Assembly (NCBI GenBank): GCA_038214535.1
Contig: JBBQRS010000012.1
Location: forward strand, 517-64,516
Source of the DNA: Anaerolineae bacterium
Lineage (GTDB): Bacteria; Chloroflexota; Anaerolineae; CG2-30-64-16
DNA: 64,000 nucleotides
Reading direction: 5' to 3'
Part shown: one piece after another, positions 50,863 to 58,778 of the stretch
Layout: each line of letters begins with the position of its first letter
Position numbering within the stretch: position 1 is the first letter of the stretch
Notes under the pieces: generated by a model
Told to the model about the DNA's origin: nothing
Databases searched by the model: none
Seen by the model: the letters and a program-made list of their open reading frames with translations, nothing else
Made by a program: the position numbers and the translations under genes

Positions 50863-52314
50863 ATGACATTACTTCCGAAGAGAGCAAACTTACTCCTGAT
50901 TGTGGTCCTGCTGTTAAGCTTCACGCTCGCCATCCCGGTGAGCGCGCAGGCTCCGACGCCGGAACCCAACGACATCGAGCTCGCCCTGGTGCTTGACGGT
51001 TCGGGCAGCATCGGGATCGATAACTTCAGAATCATGAAAGAAGGCATCGCGGCGGCCCTCGCTAACCCCGCATGTGTGCCGGAAGATGGTTCCATCTGGG
51101 TTTCCGTAACCCAGTTCGGTGCGGACGCGACGGTCGAGATGCCGCTGACGGAAGTCACGGTCGCCAGCATTGCCGGCATTGCCGCGACGGTGGCAAACAT
51201 TCCCTACAAGGATTCCTTCACCAATTATCAGGCAGGCATCGAGACCGGCTTGAGCACTTACGCGGGTACCGGTCGCCGCCAGGTCATGAACTTCGCAACC
51301 GATGGTCAGCCGAATACAGGCGACATCCAGCACACACCCACCTTGCGTCAGATGGCGATTGACGCCGGTGTTGATGAACTGGACATCGAAGCCATTGGCG
51401 ACCCTGAGATCCTTAACATCCCGCGCCTTCAGGACCTTGCCCACCCGCAGCCGGGCGTCCTCTGGGAAAATACGCCCCTGCCGACTGCACCGGGTTGGGT
51501 AAAACGGGTCGAGAATTACAATGAGTTCGCGGACAGCATCTGCGCCAAGTTCGTTTCGATCGCCAGCGGTCGCCTGGTCGTCAGCAAGGTCACGAACCCC
51601 AGAGGCGCGGGCCACGTGTTTGACTTCTCATTGACCGGCCCCAATACGAACGAAACGTTCCAGTTGAAGGACGGCGAAAGCTTCAGCACCGAGGCGAACC
51701 TGGCGGACGGAACCTACACGGTTACCGAAATCTACAATGACGACGGAGCCGGGGGCGAAGACGGCTGGACGACAGCCATCTCCTGCGACACCGCGCCGCC
51801 CACCACCTCAGAGACCAACACGATTGACGTGATGGTTGACGGCCCGGTGGAGTGCATCGTCACCAATACCGCCGATCCGACATCGGTGCAACTGGCCGAT
51901 TTCAGCGGCGCCGTCAAGCCGGATCACATCCTGCTGAGCTGGGAAACCGTCAGCGAAGTGAACAACCTGGGCTTCAACGTCTACCGTAGCGACGCCGCCA
52001 ACGGCGCGCAGAGCCTCATCTCGGCCACGATGATCCCGGCCAACAACCCGGGCGCGACTCAGGGCTCGACCTACAGCTTCCAGGACACCAACGTGCAGCC
52101 GGGCGTAACCTACTACTACTGGCTCGAAGATCTGGACGCAACTGGCCAGGCGAGCAAAGCCGGCCCGGTGGCCGTGACCTTCCTCGGCCCCACGTCCGTC
52201 GGCCTGAATAGCTTCACCGCTGCGGCTTCGTCGGCTCCCGCCCTGCTCGGGTTGGGGGGCGCAGCAATGGCTGCCCTCGCCGGCCTCGCCGTCGCCCGTC
52301 GCAAACAAGACTGA
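50863..52314 (+). CDS. Secreted vWA-domain protein with C-terminal PEP-CTERM-like sorting signal variant
   Basis: Signal peptide, the MIDAS-like LVLDGSGSI motif, a central beta-sandwich region, and the C-terminus SAPALLGLGGAAMAALAGLAVARRKQD (hydrophobic helix plus basic tail). Confidence 0.5.
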   Translation: MTLLPKRANLLLIVVLLLSFTLAIPVSAQAPTPEPNDIELALVLDGSGSIGIDNFRIMKEGIAAALANPACVPEDGSIWVSVTQFGADATVEMPLTEVTVASIAGIAATVANIPYKDSFTNYQAGIETGLSTYAGTGRRQVMNFATDGQPNTGDIQHTPTLRQMAIDAGVDELDIEAIGDPEILNIPRLQDLAHPQPGVLWENTPLPTAPGWVKRVENYNEFADSICAKFVSIASGRLVVSKVTNPRGAGHVFDFSLTGPNTNETFQLKDGESFSTEANLADGTYTVTEIYNDDGAGGEDGWTTAISCDTAPPTTSETNTIDVMVDGPVECIVTNTADPTSVQLADFSGAVKPDHILLSWETVSEVNNLGFNVYRSDAANGAQSLISATMIPANNPGATQGSTYSFQDTNVQPGVTYYYWLEDLDATGQASKAGPVAVTFLGPTSVGLNSFTAAASSAPALLGLGGAAMAALAGLAVARRKQD

Positions 52315-52346
52315 CAACGCGGTCACCACTCAAGGAGTTTGAAACT

Positions 52347-52535
52347 ATGGAGAAAATCACACACACGCAGCCGATGGCGACCAGGCAAGTCTGGGAAGAA
52401 CCCGCCATCATCCTTGAACGCCCGTTGGAAGTCGTCGCCCAGGATGGCCCAACCGATGATAACTGGGTCGCACCCAGCCCGTGGCGTCTGCCCGGCCCGC
52501 TTGCCGCATCCGGCGGCGCCGGCTTCTGCCAGTAA
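52347..52535 (+). CDS. Candidate RiPP precursor peptide, copy 1 (62 aa)
   Basis: Strong RBS AAGGAG 10 nt upstream. The C-terminal 47 aa are identical to copy 2 at 54391 despite many synonymous nucleotide differences. A terminator follows. Confidence 0.6.
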   Translation: MEKITHTQPMATRQVWEEPAIILERPLEVVAQDGPTDDNWVAPSPWRLPGPLAASGGAGFCQ

Positions 52536-52561
52536 TCACCTGCCCTGACTCGTAACATGGT

Positions 52562-52596
52562 GCGCCGGGCCTTGCGGCCCGGCGCATTTGTTTTTT
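52562..52596 (+). terminator. Rho-independent terminator (GCGCCGGGCC-TTGC-GGCCCGGCGC + ATTTGTTTTTT)
   Basis: A perfect 10-bp GC stem followed by a U-run, 27 nt after the precursor stop. Confidence 0.65.
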
Positions 52597-52697
52597 CCAC
52601 CGGCGTCTCCGGCGCAAGTTGCTGATCGCAACAGTCGTTGCGACTTATCGTCGCCAGTAGAGATGCCTCAATGACCCGGTAATGTAACTTTGCTTGC

Positions 52698-52726
52698 TTG
52701 ACACTTGCATCACTCCATGCTAAAAC
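52698..52726 (+). promoter_or_regulatory. Candidate sigma70-type promoter (TTGACA-17 bp-TAAAAC) upstream of the RRE/rSAM genes
   Basis: Consensus -35 with an AT-rich -10 at 17-bp spacing, in the 270-bp gap between the terminator and the PqqD-like gene. Confidence 0.3.
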
Positions 52727-52867
52727 TAAAGCGATTGCCGTAGAGGTCGCTTACGGATCTGGGCGGCTGCGATTGTCTTCCTGGTCCGGGCAATGTCGCC
52801 CCCATCACCCGGCAGTGACCCGCTATTTACTGCCAATTCTTTGACTCCCAACGGAGCACAAAACGTC

Positions 52868-53155
52868 ATGTCTCAAACCGATACCCGCAGGCCATCGCAT
52901 CATTCACGAACGGCATCGCGCGTCTTCAGCGGTGAAGCCGTGGTCATTACCCCTGCCGAAAACGTCGTGCGTATGCTCAACCCGATCGGTTCCCGAATCT
53001 GGGAACTGGCCGACGGCACGCGCACGATTGACGACATAGCGTCCGTGCTCACCGGCGAATTCGATGTAGACTTCGCTCACGCCCATCAAAGCGCAACAAC
53101 CTTCGTCGAAGACCTGGCTGCCAGAGGCTTGATCGCATTCGAGGAGAGCGAATGA
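52868..53155 (+). CDS. PqqD-like RiPP recognition element (RRE) protein
   Basis: About 95 aa. The motif GEAVVITPAENVVRMLNPIGSRIWELADGTRTIDDIASVL matches the PqqD family pattern (E.V.L.....y.LN..g..IWeLldG..t..eI). GGAG RBS. The stop overlaps the rSAM start. Confidence 0.6.
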   Translation: MSQTDTRRPSHHSRTASRVFSGEAVVITPAENVVRMLNPIGSRIWELADGTRTIDDIASVLTGEFDVDFAHAHQSATTFVEDLAARGLIAFEESE

Positions 53156-54345
53156 GCGGCATTCCTCTGATGCTCACGCCACCCACAGAGCCTCTGCATC
53201 GCGGTTTCGAGGCTTGCGGCTCAGACAGCGCCCCACACGATGCCTTCGAGGCGCTGCTGGCGCGGATGCGTGACGAGTTCATCCCCTTCACCGTGCTTTG
53301 GGAGATGACCCACACCTGCAACCTGGACTGCATCATGTGCTACAACGTGAAGCAGTCGCAGCCCGAGCTCGCGACCGATGAAGCGTTGGAGTTGCTCGAA
53401 CAGATGGCGCAGGCAGGGACGTTACGGCTCATCATGACCGGCGGTGAAATCCTGGCCCGCCGTGACTTCTTCACCATCGCCAACCGGGCACGCGCCCTGG
53501 GTTTTGCGCTGGACCTGAAAACCAACGGCAGCCTGCTCACGTCCGAATCTGCGGATCGCATGGCCGCGTTGGAACCGGTGCAGGTGGAAATCAGCCTGCT
53601 TGGCGCGACCACGGCGACGTTCGACGCCATCGCGCAAAGCAAGGACACGCTGCGGCGCGTCCTGCGCGGCGTCAAGCTCCTGAAAGAGCGCAGCGTCCGC
53701 GTCAAGCTCAATACCCTGCTGATGGACCTCAATTTCGCCGAGCGTGAGCAGATGTTCGAAATCGCAAGCGAGCTTGGCGTGGAGTACGAACAGGCCATCA
53801 AGATATCCCAGTCTGATGACGGCTCGGACAAGGCCGGCAGCCACCAGATCAGCCGCGCGCAGATCACCGACACGCTGGTCACCTACGAAGCGCCGTTTGC
53901 GCCGATTCAACTCACGCCCAACCGGCGCACCTGTAAAGTGGGCTTGTCTTCGTGTCTCATCAGTCCCTACGGCATCGTTTACCCGTGCGTCGAATTGCGC
54001 ATCCCCGCCGGCGATTTGCGCAAACGCTCGTTCGGTGAGATTTGGGCCGACGCGCCGATTTTTAGCAATTTACGGGCAAACCACACATTCAAGAATCTGC
54101 CGGAATGCCAGGTCTGCCCCATCAACACCTATTGCGAGGGGCGCTGCGCCGGCCTGGCATGGAAAGAGCACGGCGATCCTTACGGCGGTCACATGCTGGC
54201 CTGCCGGCACGCGCAAGCGCGCTTCGCCCAACAGAACCCGGATGAAGCCATCCCTGAGACGCCGTTGCAGGCGCGCCTCAAGCGTGAGCGCGGCGGCGAA
54301 CAAGAAACCGTCAAACACCAACCGATTATGCTTGTTGACATGTAA
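53152..54345 (+). CDS. Radical SAM / SPASM-domain peptide maturase
   Basis: The CNLDCIMC (CX3CX2C) motif after an N-terminal extension, and a C-terminal Cys-rich SPASM region (CKVGLSSC...YPC...CQVCPINTYCEGRC). Confidence 0.8.
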   Translation: MSGIPLMLTPPTEPLHRGFEACGSDSAPHDAFEALLARMRDEFIPFTVLWEMTHTCNLDCIMCYNVKQSQPELATDEALELLEQMAQAGTLRLIMTGGEILARRDFFTIANRARALGFALDLKTNGSLLTSESADRMAALEPVQVEISLLGATTATFDAIAQSKDTLRRVLRGVKLLKERSVRVKLNTLLMDLNFAEREQMFEIASELGVEYEQAIKISQSDDGSDKAGSHQISRAQITDTLVTYEAPFAPIQLTPNRRTCKVGLSSCLISPYGIVYPCVELRIPAGDLRKRSFGEIWADAPIFSNLRANHTFKNLPECQVCPINTYCEGRCAGLAWKEHGDPYGGHMLACRHAQARFAQQNPDEAIPETPLQARLKRERGGEQETVKHQPIMLVDM

Positions 54346-54390
54346 TTTGGTTGTTATGTAAACGTTATAGAGAAGCGAAGGAGTCGTCTC

Positions 54391-54579
54391 ATGGACACAA
54401 AACCATATCCGCAAAATGTCGTAACCAAACGAACGTGGGAAGAACCCGCGATCATCCTGGAACGCCCGCTCGAGGTCGTCGCGCAAGACGGGCCGACCGA
54501 CGACAACTGGGTCGCGCCCAGCCCGTGGCGTTTGCCCGGCCCCCTCGCCGCATCCGGTGGCGCCGGTTTCTGCCAATAA
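54391..54579 (+). CDS. Candidate RiPP precursor peptide, copy 2 (62 aa)
   Basis: AAGGAG RBS. The residue 16-62 region is identical to copy 1 (WEEPAIILERPLEVVAQDGPTDDNWVAPSPWRLPGPLAASGGAGFCQ). The N-terminal 15 aa differ. Confidence 0.6.
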   Translation: MDTKPYPQNVVTKRTWEEPAIILERPLEVVAQDGPTDDNWVAPSPWRLPGPLAASGGAGFCQ

Positions 54580-54607
54580 TTATCCGTACACAACCCTATA
54601 GGCAAAG

Positions 54608-54640
54608 ATTGCGAGGTCTTGGAACCTCGCAATTTAATTT
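54608..54640 (+). terminator. Rho-independent terminator (ATTGCGAGGT-CTTGGA-ACCTCGCAAT + TTAATTT)
   Basis: A 10-bp perfect stem and a U-rich tail about 30 nt after the copy-2 stop. Confidence 0.55.
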
Positions 54641-54671
54641 ACACCCTTTGAGAGGCAGCGTGTCGTTAGCA

Positions 54672-57536
54672 ATGAAAAACCACAAGCGCGCCTGGGGCGT
54701 CATCTCGGCTATCCTCCTGGTGTCCATGCTCGTCACACCCGGATATGCCGGCAGCGCCGCGCAGGCTTCCGAACCGATCACACTCAGCGTCCGAACTCCC
54801 GAATATCAACTTGACGCGGCCGGTCTGCGCGTGCCCGGCTATACCACAAATCGTACGCCCGGCGCGCCGGCCCTTCCCGTCTATCAAACCATCGTTGAGT
54901 TGCCCCCATCGGGCGATTTCCAATTAGTGGTGACCACGCCCGGCGCTCAGGAGATGGCGACCTCTGTCACCATCCCCGCCGCGCCGTCACCCGATCCATC
55001 CGCCGATCATCCTCGCACCGGCTCCGATCCGGATGAGTTGCCCACCGACGCCGCCATGATCGTGCAACCCGACCCCGCGATCTACGACGTGGACGCCTTC
55101 TATCCGGGCCAGCCGGTCATCGCGGGCGAGGTGCAAATCCAGCGCGGCCGCCGGTTCCTGCCGCTCCAGGTGTTCCCCTTCCAGTACAACCCGACCACCG
55201 GCGCGCTGCGTTATCTGCCTGATATTGGCGTCACCGTGGAAATCACGCCCGCCGACAGCCAGGCAACCAACATTGCTGCACCCGATCTGGCACAGGTCAA
55301 CCCGCCTGCCGTGAACGGCGCCGCGCTGCGCATCTACATCTCGCAGCGTGGGATGCATCGGCTCACGTACAGCGACCTATCCGCCGCTGGCGTGCCGTTG
55401 GCCTCGACCAACGTCTCGGCCTTCGCCATATACTATCTCGGCCAGCCGGTGGACATCCAGGTGCTGGACCGCAACGGCAACAACCGGTTCGACGCCGATG
55501 ACCTGGTCATTTTCTACGCCGAGCCCTATCAGGGCCGCTACATGACCCGCAACGTCTACTGGTTCAGCTATGGCGCGGGCAGCGGGGCGCGGATGCAAAC
55601 GCGCGCCCGCACACCCTCGGGCGGGGAACCTGTCGTAACATCCATCACCCAGACCTCCCGCGTCGAGGTGGACAAGGTCTACGTGAGCGACATTCAGCGC
55701 CCGATAGACGAAGACCATTACTATGACAACTCGCTTTACGCCAACGCCGCCTACCCCACCGTAACCCGGACCTATAGCCTGCCTGTGGACGACCTGGTGA
55801 CCTCAGGCGCCGCATCGCTGCGCGCCAGCGTCTACGGGGGTAAAGTGCAGGGCGCCGCCACCGACCAATCCATGGCGATCCGTGTCAACGGGAACAACGC
55901 CGGAACGTACAAGTGGAAAGGCAAAACGGGATATACCGCCTCGACGGGCGTCTCCGGCGCGTGGCTCACCGATGGCGTCACCCAGGTTACGCTGGAAGCC
56001 GCGTTGAGCCAACTACCGGCGCTATCGTACTACTGGATTTACCCCGATTGGGTCGAACTGACCTATACCGCCACCGCCGACGCCGAAGCCGATCGCATCT
56101 ACATCGAAGCCGCGCCCGCGGGGGCTAATAAAGTCGTAGTGACAGGTTTCTCGTCGCCTGACGTACACGTGTACGATGTGCGCAACCCGCGCCAACCCGT
56201 CCAACTGACGACAGTGCAATCTCAGCCTGCGGGTGGAAGCAACACCATCCACTTCTGGGACGCCGATCTACCGAACCCGAGTTACTATCTGGCAACCGAA
56301 GCCGCACTGCTCGCGCCCGCCGAGATCCAGGCCGATACGCCATCCAGTTGGCAGTCGCCTTCCCGCAACGCGTCTTACATCGCCATCGTCCACAGCGACC
56401 TGTGGAACGCCGTCCAACCGCTACTCGACTTCCGGCAGGCCGAAGGGCTCGCCGTCGCCAAAGTCAACATCCAGGACGTTTACGACGAATTCAGCTACGG
56501 ACTGGTTGACCCCGAGGCCATCCGCGCATTTCTGACTTACGCCTATCAAAACTGGCGCAGCGACGGCAGCCCCCCCGAATACGTCATGCTTGTCGGCGAT
56601 GGGCATCACGATTTCAAGAACGCCGAAAACTCGACGCTCAAGAATCTGATCCCGCCCTACCTCGTGGACATAGACCCGTGGATCGGCGAAACCGCGGCGG
56701 ACAATCGTTTCGTCAGCGTGGACAGCCCCACAGACTTCCTGCCCGAAATGCACATCGGTCGGGTCTCCGCGCAGGATGCAGCAGGCGTCAACGCCTTCGT
56801 CAACAAGGTACTGGCCTACGAAGGCGCGCCCGGCGGGGCGTGGCAAAGCAACGTCGCCTTCATCGCAGACGACTGCAATAACGCGGTGGGCGACTTTAAC
56901 GCCATCAGCGAACTGATCCGTAAGAACTGGTTGCCCGCGCAATACAACGCATCCAGGACTTACTATCGCGTGCCGACGGCGGGCGACAACTGCCCCAATG
57001 CGAACTACACCGACCCGGCGGCGATGAAGAACGCCATCAAGACCGTCTACAACGGCCAGAATCTCATGTTACAGTGGTTCGGGCACGGCTCGCGCTTCCG
57101 CTGGGGCTATTCTTCCAGCCTCTTCAATTACGAAGATATCCCGGCGTTGGCCCCGAACACCGTTTGGCCCGTAGTGATGCACTACACGTGCTACACCGGT
57201 TACTTCCACAACGTCTATCAGAATCTGCAATCGCTGGCCGAAACGGAGTTGACCACCGCAAACCGGGGTTCCGTCGCCAGCTACGCCGCCACCGGTCAAC
57301 ACCTGGGCGTGGACGAACTGGTGATGAACGAGGGCGTCAACAAGGCCCTGTTTTATGATCGCCTGCCGCGGATCGGTCAGGTCATAGACTCGGCCCGCTA
57401 CTTCTACTTCGCAAACTCGCCGGTCTACCTCGACCTGATTGACTCTTCGGTTCTGTTCGGCGACCCGGCGCTCAAGGTCAAGTTGCCGGCGGCCATGGTC
57501 AACGTCAGCACGTACTTGCCAATGATCTCGCGGTAA
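54672..57536 (+). CDS. Secreted clan CD cysteine peptidase, C25 (gingipain)-like family, with large N-terminal propeptide/beta-rich region
   Basis: Signal peptide MKNHKRAWGVISAILLVSMLVTPGYAGSAA. Catalytic-dyad-like motifs WFGHGS (His) and HYTCYTGYF (Cys) in the C-terminal third. A GTG at 54660 is an alternative start. Confidence 0.5.
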   Translation: MKNHKRAWGVISAILLVSMLVTPGYAGSAAQASEPITLSVRTPEYQLDAAGLRVPGYTTNRTPGAPALPVYQTIVELPPSGDFQLVVTTPGAQEMATSVTIPAAPSPDPSADHPRTGSDPDELPTDAAMIVQPDPAIYDVDAFYPGQPVIAGEVQIQRGRRFLPLQVFPFQYNPTTGALRYLPDIGVTVEITPADSQATNIAAPDLAQVNPPAVNGAALRIYISQRGMHRLTYSDLSAAGVPLASTNVSAFAIYYLGQPVDIQVLDRNGNNRFDADDLVIFYAEPYQGRYMTRNVYWFSYGAGSGARMQTRARTPSGGEPVVTSITQTSRVEVDKVYVSDIQRPIDEDHYYDNSLYANAAYPTVTRTYSLPVDDLVTSGAASLRASVYGGKVQGAATDQSMAIRVNGNNAGTYKWKGKTGYTASTGVSGAWLTDGVTQVTLEAALSQLPALSYYWIYPDWVELTYTATADAEADRIYIEAAPAGANKVVVTGFSSPDVHVYDVRNPRQPVQLTTVQSQPAGGSNTIHFWDADLPNPSYYLATEAALLAPAEIQADTPSSWQSPSRNASYIAIVHSDLWNAVQPLLDFRQAEGLAVAKVNIQDVYDEFSYGLVDPEAIRAFLTYAYQNWRSDGSPPEYVMLVGDGHHDFKNAENSTLKNLIPPYLVDIDPWIGETAADNRFVSVDSPTDFLPEMHIGRVSAQDAAGVNAFVNKVLAYEGAPGGAWQSNVAFIADDCNNAVGDFNAISELIRKNWLPAQYNASRTYYRVPTAGDNCPNANYTDPAAMKNAIKTVYNGQNLMLQWFGHGSRFRWGYSSSLFNYEDIPALAPNTVWPVVMHYTCYTGYFHNVYQNLQSLAETELTTANRGSVASYAATGQHLGVDELVMNEGVNKALFYDRLPRIGQVIDSARYFYFANSPVYLDLIDSSVLFGDPALKVKLPAAMVNVSTYLPMISR

Positions 57537-57583
57537 GTTGGCGCTCCGACTATCCCTGTAGCACAAACGCGATTAGAATAGGG

Positions 57584-58777
57584 ATGCAGCATCGGCTGCG
57601 TCCCTATTTTTTTTGGAAAGCGCCAATGGCCGCTAACTCAGTATTCGATCCCTTTGAGCTTTCAACGCGAGGCTCTCTTCCACCGAAGTGGGTGGACTGG
57701 CTGGGCCACACGCTGCGCGCGGAGGGCGCGCCGCCTGCGCCCGATCACCACCTCCTCGCCGAATGGCGCGCCGTGCTGCCCGCACTGGACGTTCACGCCA
57801 TCACGCCGCTGCTCTACCTGCGCCTGCGCGACGCCCGCCTCCTGCAAGCCTTGCCGCCGGAATTTCGCGATGCGCTCTACGTCACATTTCAAGACAACGC
57901 CTTGCGCTCCCTCGTCTTCGAACACGAACTTGAATCCATCATTGCGACCTTCGCGCGTGAGGGCATCCCCCTGATCTTGCTCAAGGGGCTTGCCACCGGG
58001 CGGCTGGTCTACGGCAGTCCCGCCGAACGCCCCATCGGAGACCTCGATCTGCTGGTTCCTTTCGACGATATGGCGCGGGCGCGCCGCACCCTGCGCCAAG
58101 CCGGCTACGAGAGCATCGGCTGGGCCGGGCTGGATCGTGTGGCGCGCTGGCAACACGCCTTCCGCTCGGAGATGCCCATGCTCTGCACCCGGCCCGACCG
58201 CTACGGCCTGGTCACCGAGTTGCACTGGTCGCTATTAGAGATTCCCTACTACATCCAGTGCATCCCTATGGCGGATGTTTGGGCTGCCGCCGCGCCGGTA
58301 TCCGGCCACCCCGGCGTCAGCGTCCCCGACCCGGCCACCCTGCTGATCCACAGCGCCGCGCACCTGGCGCTACATCACAGCCGCGAGCTGCGCCTGATCT
58401 GGTTGCTCGATCTCGACCGGCTCGCCCGCTGGCAGGCAATGGATTGGGCCGGGGTGATCGCATGGACGGAAACCTGGGGCCTCGGCAGGGCCGTCCACAC
58501 GGCTCTGAGCGTCTCACAGCGCTGGCTTGGCACGCCCGTCCCGCCAGACGCCCTTGCGCAACTCTCGCGGCTCACACATAGCGCCGCGGGCGATGCCACC
58601 TGGGGACTGGGCGATGAACAGGCCGGCCGCTCGCGCCGTCGCGCCGTCGTCAGTTGGCAATTGCTGAATGGGCGCGACCGCCTGCGTTACGCTGCCTGGC
58701 TGGGGTTTCGCTTGCTCCTGCGCCCCTTCGAGCTTGCCGGCCGCCCGGACAAACGCGCGAACATGGAGGTTCACTGA
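57584..58777 (+). CDS. Nucleotidyltransferase-fold protein (PF14907-like uncharacterised nucleotidyltransferase)
   Basis: Pol-beta NTase signature PIGDLDLLVP...D. This family is recurrently encoded beside HPr-kinase-like genes in RiPP (lasso) clusters. Confidence 0.5.
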   Translation: MQHRLRPYFFWKAPMAANSVFDPFELSTRGSLPPKWVDWLGHTLRAEGAPPAPDHHLLAEWRAVLPALDVHAITPLLYLRLRDARLLQALPPEFRDALYVTFQDNALRSLVFEHELESIIATFAREGIPLILLKGLATGRLVYGSPAERPIGDLDLLVPFDDMARARRTLRQAGYESIGWAGLDRVARWQHAFRSEMPMLCTRPDRYGLVTELHWSLLEIPYYIQCIPMADVWAAAAPVSGHPGVSVPDPATLLIHSAAHLALHHSRELRLIWLLDLDRLARWQAMDWAGVIAWTETWGLGRAVHTALSVSQRWLGTPVPPDALAQLSRLTHSAAGDATWGLGDEQAGRSRRRAVVSWQLLNGRDRLRYAAWLGFRLLLRPFELAGRPDKRANMEVH

Positions 58778-58778
58778 A

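Noticed and set aside
52214-52600. Minus-strand ORFs (128 aa and 92 aa at 54354-54632) sharing the conserved NYWQKPAPPDAA…GATQLSSVGPS segment
   Set aside because: Their conservation only mirrors the conserved precursor-peptide DNA on the opposite strand. The + strand genes have strong RBSs and terminators and the synonymous-only divergence pattern. The minus frames do not.
54351-54671. Upstream extension of the peptidase ORF to 54351 given in the ORF track (1061 aa)
   Set aside because: The extension overlaps precursor copy 2 and its terminator in another frame. A signal peptide begins at the Met at 54672 (or GTG 54660), which is the sensible start.
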